From: an uncultured Candidatus Saccharibacteria bacterium
Lineage (GTDB): Bacteria > Patescibacteriota > Dojkabacteria > JAOAGR01
Direction of reading: 5' to 3'
Assembly: GCA_964503755.1 (NCBI GenBank)
Contig: CAZDBO010000002.1
Coordinates: 194,261-252,730, forward strand
DNA length: 58,470 nucleotides
Under the pieces are notes generated by a model. It saw nothing but the letters and a program-made list of their open reading frames with translations. It searched no databases and was not told the origin of the DNA. Shown here in pieces: positions 31,706 through 41,217 of this stretch (within the stretch, counting starts at the first letter, position 1; each line of letters opens with the position of its first letter). The position numbers and the translations under genes were made by a program.

Positions 31706-31742
31706 TATTTGACAATCATAGCAAATTTAATAAAACTATTAT

Positions 31743-33542
31743 GTGATGCCGGCTGGTGTAATAACAAGTATTTTAGATGTACTCTTAAACGAAAATATAA
31801 TCTCGGCTGATCAATACAAACAAATTAAAAATGAATCATTAATTAAAAAAATCCCACCAGAAAAACTACTATTAGAATGCAAATTAGTAAACGAAGAACA
31901 AATAACGCATGCAAAATCTATTCTTTACGGCTTGCCAATCATTGATATTAAATCGATTAAAATCGATAAACAAATATTATCTTTATTACCAATAGATGAA
32001 TGTAAAAAAAACAAAATCATAATCTTTGAAAAAAAGACTGACAATACATATAAGGCTGCTATTGCAAATCCACTTAATCTACAATATTTAAGACTTATTG
32101 AACAAAAGATAAATGGAAGACTAGAGCTATTTGTAGCAAACGAAAGTGATATAAAATCTGTATTAAGCCAATTCACAGATACTAAGATAAGTTCTGAATT
32201 TTCAAATGTCATAGAAAAAGCAAAATCTGACGAGGATATAATCGATATATCGAAAATCGAAGACACAAAACTTAACGATGTTGATCTAAAAAACACCCCG
32301 ATTGCGAAACTAGTTACTCTTATCATCCAAACCGCAATAATAGAAAAATCTTCAGATATTCATATTGAACCACAAGAAAACATAATAAGAGTAAGATACA
32401 GGATAAACGGAATTTTGATAGAAAAGATTACGATTCCACCTGCACTTGGTCCTGCATTAGTTTCAAGAATAAAAATACTTGGGAAAATGCCAATTGATGA
32501 AAAAAGAAAACCACTCGATGGTCGCTCACAAATAAAATATGAAGGTAATGAAATAGATCTGCGTATATCATCCTTACCAACAGTATGGGGAGAAAAAATT
32601 GTAATACGTTTACTTAGGAAAGATCTTGGTATCTTAAACCTTGAAGATACAGGTATGAGAGGAAATGCCCTAAAAGTATTTAAAGAAGGATTAAAAGCAA
32701 CTACTGGTATTATACTAGTCACAGGCCCTACAGGTTCGGGAAAAACCGTGACAGTTGCTACTAGCATGTCTATATTAAACAAACCAGAAGTAAATATAGT
32801 TTCTATTGAAGATCCGGTTGAAATCCGTATTCCAGGAATCAATCAAGTGCAGGTAAATGAGGAAGCTGGTCTTACATTTGCATCAGCTCTAAGAGCATTT
32901 TTAAGACAAGATCCTGATATCATATCTGTAGGAGAGATACGTGACCAAGAAACCGCACAACTAGCAGCACAGGCTTCGTTGACGGGTCATCTCGTAATCT
33001 CAACATTACATACAAATAGTGCTGCAGGAACATTACCACGACTTTTGGATATGGGAATAGAACCATATATTGTGGCATCAACCGTGACTATATGTTGTGC
33101 ACAGAGACTCTGTCGGAGAATTTGTAAACATTGCAAATATGCTTATCATGCCAAAGAAGAAGAAATATTAGAATTACGAAGAGTTTTAGGTCATACTTCT
33201 TATTTCGATGAAAACAAATATTTACAATTCCAATCTAAACTCATAGAGACACAAAAAATACCCATTGAAAATACGAATTTAGAATCAAATAACATATTTC
33301 TATTTAAAGGAAGAGGATGTGAAAAATGCAATTTTACTGGATATACTGGTCGAATTGGTATATTTGAAGTATTTAAAGTTTCAGAAAAAATCGGAGCACT
33401 TGTAATGAAACATGCAAGTACGAGTGAAATCGAAAATCAAGCAATTAGCGAAGGGATGATAAGAATGGTAGAAGATGGATATTTTAAAGCATTAGAAGGA
33501 ATTACTGCCATCGAAGAAGTTCAAAGAGTAATACATTCATAA
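31743..33542 (+). CDS. pilB: Type IV pilus assembly ATPase PilB/GspE
   Basis: N-terminal MshEN-like region, GPTGSGKT, EDPVE, LRQDPDII.VGEIRD, STLHTN, CxxC..GCEKC zinc site; ATG alternative at 31746. Confidence 0.95.
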   Translation: MMPAGVITSILDVLLNENIISADQYKQIKNESLIKKIPPEKLLLECKLVNEEQITHAKSILYGLPIIDIKSIKIDKQILSLLPIDECKKNKIIIFEKKTDNTYKAAIANPLNLQYLRLIEQKINGRLELFVANESDIKSVLSQFTDTKISSEFSNVIEKAKSDEDIIDISKIEDTKLNDVDLKNTPIAKLVTLIIQTAIIEKSSDIHIEPQENIIRVRYRINGILIEKITIPPALGPALVSRIKILGKMPIDEKRKPLDGRSQIKYEGNEIDLRISSLPTVWGEKIVIRLLRKDLGILNLEDTGMRGNALKVFKEGLKATTGIILVTGPTGSGKTVTVATSMSILNKPEVNIVSIEDPVEIRIPGINQVQVNEEAGLTFASALRAFLRQDPDIISVGEIRDQETAQLAAQASLTGHLVISTLHTNSAAGTLPRLLDMGIEPYIVASTVTICCAQRLCRRICKHCKYAYHAKEEEILELRRVLGHTSYFDENKYLQFQSKLIETQKIPIENTNLESNNIFLFKGRGCEKCNFTGYTGRIGIFEVFKVSEKIGALVMKHASTSEIENQAISEGMIRMVEDGYFKALEGITAIEEVQRVIHS

Positions 33543-33572
33543 TAGACAAAAAATTTTAAATATTTTAATCTG

Positions 33573-33586
33573 ATATATATATATAT
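33573..33586. repeat. (AT)7 dinucleotide run ending in the pilT start codon
   Basis: atatatatatatat(g) seen directly. Confidence 0.8.
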
Positions 33587-35558
33587 GAACGACAATAATA
33601 TAGCAAGCCCTTTTCTAGAACAACAAGTGAATAACTTTTCTACATCATCGGGGCAACAACAAAATACACAACCTATCCTGACTCAAACTCAGCAACAAAT
33701 CCAAGCATTTCAACAAGTCCAACAAAATCAACAAAATTTTTCAACACAGCAAATAGATACAAATTTTGATGGTCAAAATATACCAAATAATAAAATCTTC
33801 AGTAACTCAAATGTAAATACACCTGAAGTATTTCAATATCCATCCCAACCCACAGCAAATAATTTATTGAATCAACCCGAACAAATTTTTAATGGCCAAA
33901 ACTCTTTTGATCAACAACAGTATTTAGGGGGAAATGATTATAACAATAATACAAATGTCTATTCGAACAATTCAGAAAATGACATGAGTTTTAACACACA
34001 AGATATAACATCTAATTTACAATCCAATCCAAGCCAAGACAATTTAAATCAATCTCAAATTATTAATAACGAATCGTTTAATAATTTTCAACAGATCTCA
34101 AATAATCAAGGTAATCAAACGGATTTTACAACATCAATAGGGGGTTATGTTTCACCATACGCCCAACAATTATCCAGCCAACAAATTACAAATACCGATG
34201 TATTACAACCTGAAAGTAACCCAAACTATAATGCCAGTGGAGTAGAACAGAACTCAATGGATATAAATTCAGATAACATAGCAACAGCACCAAACACCAA
34301 TCAAACGCAGGATAATAATCCTAATGTATCTCCAAATCAATCTTCTAACATATTTAATCAATCAGAATCATTTGACAACTCAACAAACATTTATACAACA
34401 AATAATTCTTCATCCGATCAAAATATAAATACTACTGAAGAATTAAATCCACAGAACATTTACGACGTTAAAACAAATACTACCATCAAAAAAGAAAGAT
34501 TTAAAAGTATTTCTGAGTTGTTAGATAAAGTTTTAGAATTAAAAGGATCAGATCTCCATATTGCAGCAGGCTATCCTCCCACTATACGTATCGATGATAT
34601 TTTAAGACCGGTTGGGGATACTCTTACAAAAGAAGAAGTTAAAAATTTCGTTTTCCAATCACTATCTCAAGGTCATAAAGAATTGTTAGAAATCAACAAA
34701 GAAGTTGATCTTTCTTATCAACATGAAGATAAAGCAAGATTTAGAATAAATGCTTACTTCGCAAGAAACTCGTATGCTGCTGCTTATCGCCTGATTCCTC
34801 AACGGATCAGATCATTAACCGAACTTGGTTTACCAAATATATTGTTAGAATTAACAAAATACTCTCAAGGATTATTTCTGGTAACAGGCCCTACTGGTTC
34901 TGGTAAATCAACCACCCTTGCGGCAATGATACAACATATTAATGAAACAGAAGCAAAACACATCTTAACAATTGAAGATCCAATCGAATATGTATATCCA
35001 AAGGCAAAAGCATTTGTCAGTCAAAGAGAAATAGGAACTGACACGCATGATTGGAATATAGCTCTTCGCAGTGCATTAAGAGAAGATCCTGATGTCATAT
35101 TGGTTGGTGAATTGAGAGATTTAGAAACTATCCAATCAGCACTTACTTTATCAGAAACAGGACATTTAGTTTTTGCAACATTACACACTAATAGTGCGGC
35201 TCAATCAATAGATCGTATAATTGACGTATTTCCGCCACACCAACAAGAACAAATTAAAAATCAATTAGCCGGAGTCTTAAAGGGTATACTTAGTCAAAGA
35301 CTAGTTCCACTTATTGGCGGAGGTAGAAAAGCTGTAATAGAGCTAATGATAGTAACACCAGCCATACAAAATCTTATAAGAGAAGGAAAAGTATTTCAAA
35401 TTGACAATGTCATAGCAACAAGTGCTGATCTAGGTATGATTCAACTAGAAAAATCCCTCGTTCAGTTGATTAGGGCTGGTGCAATAACAGTGGATACGGC
35501 ATTTGAATATGCAATACGCCCAAATGAACTACAAAAAATGCTAAAAATTAATATGTAA
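33585..35558 (+). CDS. pilT: Type IV pilus retraction ATPase PilT with a ~295-aa Q/N-rich N-terminal extension
   Basis: SDLHI, GPTGSGKSTT, EDPIEY, LREDPDVI.VGELRD, AIQNLIRE (AIRNLIRE variant) from about 34490 onward. Confidence 0.93.
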   Translation: MNDNNIASPFLEQQVNNFSTSSGQQQNTQPILTQTQQQIQAFQQVQQNQQNFSTQQIDTNFDGQNIPNNKIFSNSNVNTPEVFQYPSQPTANNLLNQPEQIFNGQNSFDQQQYLGGNDYNNNTNVYSNNSENDMSFNTQDITSNLQSNPSQDNLNQSQIINNESFNNFQQISNNQGNQTDFTTSIGGYVSPYAQQLSSQQITNTDVLQPESNPNYNASGVEQNSMDINSDNIATAPNTNQTQDNNPNVSPNQSSNIFNQSESFDNSTNIYTTNNSSSDQNINTTEELNPQNIYDVKTNTTIKKERFKSISELLDKVLELKGSDLHIAAGYPPTIRIDDILRPVGDTLTKEEVKNFVFQSLSQGHKELLEINKEVDLSYQHEDKARFRINAYFARNSYAAAYRLIPQRIRSLTELGLPNILLELTKYSQGLFLVTGPTGSGKSTTLAAMIQHINETEAKHILTIEDPIEYVYPKAKAFVSQREIGTDTHDWNIALRSALREDPDVILVGELRDLETIQSALTLSETGHLVFATLHTNSAAQSIDRIIDVFPPHQQEQIKNQLAGVLKGILSQRLVPLIGGGRKAVIELMIVTPAIQNLIREGKVFQIDNVIATSADLGMIQLEKSLVQLIRAGAITVDTAFEYAIRPNELQKMLKINM

Positions 35559-35569
35559 ATAATATAAAT

Positions 35570-36790
35570 ATGGCTATATTCAATTACAAAGTAATTGACC
35601 AAAAAAAACAAATCAGATATGGCGAAATTGAAGCAGAAAATTTAGAACAAGCATCAGATTTTTTGTTATCACAAAATCTAACTATACTTCAACTAAAAAA
35701 GAAAGGAATAGATCTAGAAGCATTACAAAAAATTAATATTGGCGGTATACCTCTAAAAGAAAAGGTCACTTTTATAAGACAACTGGCATTTATGGTTGAA
35801 GCTGGTATCCCATTGGTGCAAGCTTTGGAAATATCTCGCGAACAAATAATCAATCTTTATTTTAAGGATGTTGTAAAAAAAATTAAAGAAACCATTGAAG
35901 GTGGTAGTACATTATCTAAAGCACTATCTGCATATACCGATATATTTGATCCGTTAGAAATTAATTTGATAAGGGCAGGAGAAGAATCCGGCAATCTAGA
36001 TAAAATTCTTACAAGAGTTGCTGATGAATTAGAAAAAAAAGCTGATTTTCAAGCTCGAGTGCAAGGTGCTCTTATATATCCTGCAATTGTATTGATAATC
36101 ATAATTGTTGTTGTAGTTTTGCTTATGACTACAATGATTCCCCAAATGACTGAATTATATGAATCAATGAACCTAGAAATACCTCTAGCTACACAAATTG
36201 TTGTAAACATTAGTAAATTTATTACAAGTTGGGGAGGAATTGTATTGCTTGTATCTATAATATTTGCATTTGGATCGTTATTTTATTATTACAGCACCCC
36301 CTCAGGTAAAAAAGTTTTAGATAAACTTGTATTAAAAATACCAATAGCAGGTGAAATTATTGGTAAATCTCAGGTCGTCTCATTTGCTAATACATTTTCG
36401 ATGCTTTTAAGTGCAGGTATTCCTATAGTAGATGCTCTAAATCTAGTAGGAAATTCTTTATCCAACAAAACTTTCCAAGATGCTATCGAAGAATGTGCAA
36501 AAAAAGTAGAAAAAGGTATACCATTATCTTCTCCTTTGTTAGCAAATCCTGATATACCACCACTGCTTGGTCATATGATTAGAGTAGGTGAGGAGATAGG
36601 TAAAGTAGATGAAGTAACTTTCAAGGTTGGCATACAATTTCAAAAAGAGGTTGACAATCTAGTAAATAACTTAAACAAACTGATGGAACCAATGATTCTT
36701 ATTTTGATGGGTGTTGTAGTAGGTGGTCTTGCGATCGCGGTATATTTACCAATATTCAATCTTGCAACTGCTATTGGAATGCCTCAGTAA
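35570..36790 (+). CDS. pilC: Type IV pilus platform protein PilC/GspF
   Basis: Two T2SSF repeats (FIRQLAFMVEAGIPL; AGEESGNLD; FSMLLSAGIPI; VGEEIG), 3 TMs. Confidence 0.95.
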   Translation: MAIFNYKVIDQKKQIRYGEIEAENLEQASDFLLSQNLTILQLKKKGIDLEALQKINIGGIPLKEKVTFIRQLAFMVEAGIPLVQALEISREQIINLYFKDVVKKIKETIEGGSTLSKALSAYTDIFDPLEINLIRAGEESGNLDKILTRVADELEKKADFQARVQGALIYPAIVLIIIIVVVVLLMTTMIPQMTELYESMNLEIPLATQIVVNISKFITSWGGIVLLVSIIFAFGSLFYYYSTPSGKKVLDKLVLKIPIAGEIIGKSQVVSFANTFSMLLSAGIPIVDALNLVGNSLSNKTFQDAIEECAKKVEKGIPLSSPLLANPDIPPLLGHMIRVGEEIGKVDEVTFKVGIQFQKEVDNLVNNLNKLMEPMILILMGVVVGGLAIAVYLPIFNLATAIGMPQ

Positions 36791-36792
36791 AT

Positions 36793-37869
36793 TTAGGAAA
36801 TCTGATATTCACCTTTTTCATTGATTCTAACTATATCTAAGATTTCTAATTCTTGCAAAATAACATTTACTTCTGAAATATCTATGCCAGTTTTTGAAGA
36901 AATCATGTCTGCCGATAAATAATCCGACTTTAATAAATCCAAAATAACTTTATATCTTGGATCTTCAAATTGTATTTCAGATTTGTTTTGCAAACTTAAA
37001 TCCTGCCGATCAAATCCATAAGCAGTCAATATATCATCCGCAGAAAGTACAAGACTTGAGATATTATTTTTGATCAATAAATTGTTACCTTTATAACTTT
37101 CGCGAAATATATCCGCAGGAACAGAAAATACCAACCTTCCCTCATCAAAAGCTAGTTTTGCAGTAATCAAAGATCCACTCTTTTCACCAGCTTCAATAAC
37201 CAAAACCCCTCTAGATAATCCTGCAATAATCCGGTTTCTTAGTGGGAAATAATGAGGTTGAGGCTCTGTGTCAGGAAAAAGTTCAGAAATAACTGATCCT
37301 CCCTCATCAATAATTCTTTGTGCTAATTTTTTATTTGATTGTGGGTAAATATTATTTAGTCCAGAACCTAACACAGCTATACACTTCAACCCATAAACTA
37401 AAGATTCTTCATGGGCAATAGAATCAATGCCATACGCGAGCCCCGAAATAATTGTAAAATCTTTCATATGAGAAAAACCTTGTACAAAATATTTAACCGT
37501 TTTTATACCATAACTCGTAGCCTTACGTGTTCCAACAATAGCTAAAGATTTGAGATACACATAGTCAAGATTGCCTCTAAAAAACAAAATAGGTGGAGGA
37601 CTATATATTTGTTTTAAAGCCTCAGGATAGATAGAATCCAAAAAGGTAACAATTTCATATTTATAATATTTTTCCGCGATTTTACAGGCTTTAGCAAATT
37701 CACCTTTATTCAACTTATCCAACTTTTTAGGTATTAAATCTCTCAATACATCATAATTTAGTCTTTGAGCAAGTATCTCTTTTTTATTTTTTAATAGATG
37801 CAAAATCGTTCTATCTCCAATACCATTTAAAGCTTTTAATGTTAGTAGATTGAATTTGAGATAATCCAT
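36793..37869 (-). CDS. dprA: DNA-processing protein DprA
   Basis: YPEALKQIYSPPPILF, AIVGTR, ISGLAYGID, FPLRNRIIAG, SGSLITA; start moved to ATG 37869 (TAAAAT 7 nt upstream). Confidence 0.95.
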   Translation of the reverse strand: MDYLKFNLLTLKALNGIGDRTILHLLKNKKEILAQRLNYDVLRDLIPKKLDKLNKGEFAKACKIAEKYYKYEIVTFLDSIYPEALKQIYSPPPILFFRGNLDYVYLKSLAIVGTRKATSYGIKTVKYFVQGFSHMKDFTIISGLAYGIDSIAHEESLVYGLKCIAVLGSGLNNIYPQSNKKLAQRIIDEGGSVISELFPDTEPQPHYFPLRNRIIAGLSRGVLVIEAGEKSGSLITAKLAFDEGRLVFSVPADIFRESYKGNNLLIKNNISSLVLSADDILTAYGFDRQDLSLQNKSEIQFEDPRYKVILDLLKSDYLSADMISSKTGIDISEVNVILQELEILDIVRINEKGEYQIS

Positions 37870-37887
37870 AGATAGAATTTTATATTT

Positions 37888-38550
37888 ATGCAAGTAAAAA
37901 TAGAACATAGTTGGTATGAAGTACTCAAAGAAGAATTTGAAAAAGAATATTTTATAAATTTAGCTAATTTTCTAAGAAATGAATATAAAACAAAAACAAT
38001 ATATCCAAAAGGTAAAAATATTTTCAATGCATTTAATCTCTGCCCGTTTTATAAGCTCAAAGTGGTAATATTAGGGCAGGATCCATATCATGGCCCAAAT
38101 CAAGCACACGGTCTGGCATTTTCGGTCCCAGAAGGAGTTACAACGCCTCCATCACTTAAAAATATTTTCTTAGAATTAGAAAATGACTTACATATTAAAA
38201 GACAAAAAACAAATCTTTCAGACTGGGCAGAGCAAGGAATATTACTTTTGAATACAATACTTACTGTAGAAGCAAACAAACCTACGTCGCATGCAAACAT
38301 AGGATGGGAAACTTTCACAGATAGTGTAATTAAAATAATTTCAGAAAATAAAAATCAGATCATATTTCTTCTATGGGGTAGTCATGCACAAAAAAAAGAA
38401 ACGCTGATAGATAAAAATAAACACTTTATTATTAAATCAGCCCATCCATCACCATTATCCGCCAATAGAGGATTTTTAAGATCAAAACCATTCAGCAAAA
38501 TCAACAAAATATTAGAATCACTCAATCAAGAACCTATTAAATGGGGATAG
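37888..38550 (+). CDS. ung: Uracil-DNA glycosylase (family 1)
   Basis: GQDPYHG, PPSLKNI, LLLN, HPSPLS. Confidence 0.97.
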   Translation: MQVKIEHSWYEVLKEEFEKEYFINLANFLRNEYKTKTIYPKGKNIFNAFNLCPFYKLKVVILGQDPYHGPNQAHGLAFSVPEGVTTPPSLKNIFLELENDLHIKRQKTNLSDWAEQGILLLNTILTVEANKPTSHANIGWETFTDSVIKIISENKNQIIFLLWGSHAQKKETLIDKNKHFIIKSAHPSPLSANRGFLRSKPFSKINKILESLNQEPIKWG

Positions 38551-38588
38551 ATAGTATTTTTGTCTTAATTTCTTTATAATCTCTGATT

Positions 38589-40364
38589 ATGTCATCAAAA
38601 AAATATAATACTGAGTGGGATCTTAAGGTTATATTAAATAAATTCAATGTAGACTCTATAGAATCACTTATCTCATATGAAAATAAAAAATATACAGATT
38701 TTTTTAATCGATGGAATAATACAAATATAGTTGAGAATATTGAGACATTGTTAGAATATCTCAATGAATTCAACAAAATTTTGGAAGATCATGGTGAGTA
38801 TCTAGTAGCATCAGTATATGTAGAGCTAAGGCTTTCCCTAAATAGTGAAGATAACGAAGCTAAATCTTTAGAAAATAAAATTTTTGATATAGAAAAATAC
38901 ATACAACAAAATTTTGAATCTCATCGTCAAAAGATAGTTAAGTATCTAAAAGAGAATCCAGAAATAATAAATAAACCTGAGCTTTCTAAATATAAACATC
39001 TACTAGAAATAACTCTTGAAGATGCCAAATACAGACTTTCAGAAGAGGGAGAAAATATTCTTTTTGCATTATCAAAGACTGCATTATCAAACTGGAAAGA
39101 CCTAACAAGTAAACTACTATCAACATCAACTGGAAAAATAAAAGAAGAGGGAGTAGAAAAAAAATCCACTTTTGAAGAATTACTTACGATATCAACAAAA
39201 GATATATCAAAAGTGAAAAGGGATAAAGCAGTATACGCTTTAAATAAAATATTTGAGAAATGGAGTCCAGTCATAGAAGCAGAAATTAATAGCGTACTTG
39301 AATATTCAAAAACAATAGATGAACTTAGAAAATATTCTAATCCCGAACAAAAAAGGCTTTTGAATGATGAAGTATCAGAAGAGTTCGTTGATTCTCTTGT
39401 TAATGCAGTGAAGAATAATTACTCATTCTCTCAAGAATACTACAAAACTAAAGCAAAATTATTAGGTAAAAGAAAATTAAAATACAATGAAAGATTATTA
39501 AAATACGGTGATGTACAACAAAAATTCTCTTCTGGTGAAGCTATAAAGTTAGTATACAACGGTTTAAATGAAATCGGAAACGAATACGCTCAAATATTTG
39601 AAAAGATGTTAATCGACGGGCATATAGACTTTTTACCTAAAAAAGGGAAAAGAGGTGGAGCATTTTTCATGGGTTTTGCAAAACAAATACCAGGGTTTAT
39701 CTTGTTAAATTACACCGGCACACTGAATGATATTTCTACAATCGCACACGAGACTGGGCACGCAATTCATTTTGAACTTACAAGAACTACACAACCTGGA
39801 GTATACTGCGACTATAGTACTGCAATTGCAGAGGTTGCTAGTACATTTTTTGAGGATTTAGTTACTGATTTTGTTTTAAGTCATGTTAAAAAAAATGATG
39901 ATAGAATTGCTTTTATTGTAAATAAGTTAGATGATTTTATATCTTCAGTGCATAGACAGATAGCTATTTATTCTTTTGAAAGAAGATTACATGAAGAGTT
40001 TAAAAGTAAAAGATACTTATCTTCAAAAGATATTGATCAAATGTTCGTCGAGGAAATGTCTACATATTTAGGCAGTAGTGTTGACATGAAAGGATTTGAA
40101 AAATATTGGGTCTATATCAATCATATCAGATACTTTTTTTATGTTTATAGCTACGCGAGTGGTCTAATAATCTCTAAAACCTTACAAGCTTTGTATAAAG
40201 AAGATAGAGAAAATATCAATAAAGTAAGACATGTGCTTTCCGCCGGTTGTTCAAACTATGTAAAAGATATATTCGCTGATATCGGACTCGATGTAGAAGA
40301 TGAAAATTTTTGGAGAATTGGGCTTGAAAATAATAATATTTATCTTGAGGAGATAAAAAAGTGA
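38589..40364 (+). CDS. pepF: Oligoendopeptidase F (peptidase M3B)
   Basis: WDL N-terminus, GKRGGAF, AHETGH zinc motif, AEVAS, FYVYSYA. Confidence 0.9.
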   Translation: MSSKKYNTEWDLKVILNKFNVDSIESLISYENKKYTDFFNRWNNTNIVENIETLLEYLNEFNKILEDHGEYLVASVYVELRLSLNSEDNEAKSLENKIFDIEKYIQQNFESHRQKIVKYLKENPEIINKPELSKYKHLLEITLEDAKYRLSEEGENILFALSKTALSNWKDLTSKLLSTSTGKIKEEGVEKKSTFEELLTISTKDISKVKRDKAVYALNKIFEKWSPVIEAEINSVLEYSKTIDELRKYSNPEQKRLLNDEVSEEFVDSLVNAVKNNYSFSQEYYKTKAKLLGKRKLKYNERLLKYGDVQQKFSSGEAIKLVYNGLNEIGNEYAQIFEKMLIDGHIDFLPKKGKRGGAFFMGFAKQIPGFILLNYTGTLNDISTIAHETGHAIHFELTRTTQPGVYCDYSTAIAEVASTFFEDLVTDFVLSHVKKNDDRIAFIVNKLDDFISSVHRQIAIYSFERRLHEEFKSKRYLSSKDIDQMFVEEMSTYLGSSVDMKGFEKYWVYINHIRYFFYVYSYASGLIISKTLQALYKEDRENINKVRHVLSAGCSNYVKDIFADIGLDVEDENFWRIGLENNNIYLEEIKK

Positions 40365-40914
40365 ATGTGAACAATCAAAAACCTAAAACAATAAAAATAT
40401 TTCTAGCCGATGGAGAGCCGACAGGTACCAAGATTGTAGAGTTATCAAACTGGACAGGTATTGCGTATCTAATACCTAGAAATAGCTTAGAAAGCACATT
40501 AAATAATCACGAAAATCAAGAAGATCTAAATTCTCAATACGTTGGAGAAGCTGAGGAATTCTCGAAAGGAATAAGACACCACAACAAAAACAACAAAAAC
40601 AACAAAGATTTCTGGAATGTTGTCATGGTATTTACCTCTGAGGATGATAATCTGACAAAAGCCCATGTAAAATATTTAGAAAGTAAAATTGTTCAACAAG
40701 TCAAAAATAACAATACGGTTATACTACAGAACGAAAGTGTTCCACCTTTAGGTAAATTACCCAGAACAGATATAGCTCAAATGAAAGAAAATTAATTTTT
40801 TCCTCTCCAAGTGCTGCTTCTGGTTTTACAAAAGGAAGAGGCGCAAACGGATGGCTAGATTCGAAAAATAAAGAAAGTAAAACACTAGACGAATTAAAAA
40901 GACGACAGAGCTGA
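40361..40914 (+). pseudogene. Decayed GIY-YIG nuclease / DUF4357-type gene
   Basis: Frame 1 KTIKIFLADG..SNWTG..YVGEAE..KDFW..LTKAHVKYLES stops at 40795; a shifted frame from 40798 reads FSSPSAASGFTKGRGANGW..KTLDELK* (DUF4357-like C-terminus); the GIY segment and the linker are missing. Confidence 0.75.
40581..40607 (+). repeat. 9-bp tandem repeat x3 (acaacaaaa) inside the pseudogene
   Basis: acaacaaaa acaacaaaa acaacaaag, encoding NKNNKNNK. Confidence 0.85.
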
Positions 40915-41094
40915 AAGTATTAATATTGTTCTTGTCCTAGTTATTAAACTAACTAAATTAGAGGATTCGACCAATCTTGAATTCAGTAGTCCTGATCGTA
41001 TCAACCGATGAATATCACACATAAACACAATTTGTTATATATACATATATTAAACGTGAATAAGAAATCTTTTTATTTTTATTAAAAATACGAA

Positions 41095-41172
41095 TGGGGT
41101 GAAAGACGGGACTCGAACCCGCGACCTCCTCTTCCACAGAGAGGCGCTCTAACCAACTGAGCTACTATCACC
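41095..41172 (-). tRNA. tRNA-His, anticodon GTG
   Basis: Cloverleaf with encoded G-1 opposite C73, anticodon arm CCTCT-CTGTGGA-AGAGG, TTCGAGT loop, CCA; one U5:U68 acceptor mismatch. Confidence 0.96.
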
Positions 41173-41189
41173 ATTTTAAATGACATTTT

Positions 41190-41198
41190 ATTATAGCA
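41190..41198 (-). promoter_or_regulatory. Extended -10 promoter (TGCTATAAT) for tRNA-His
   Basis: TGnTATAAT 17 nt upstream of the tRNA. Confidence 0.6.
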
Positions 41199-41217
41199 TA
41201 AAAACGAAGACTAAAAT

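Noticed and set aside
41028-41055. dif-like site near the Xer gene (also 42521-42547)
   Set aside because: Only partial arm matches or wrong spacer length; expected by chance in AT-rich DNA
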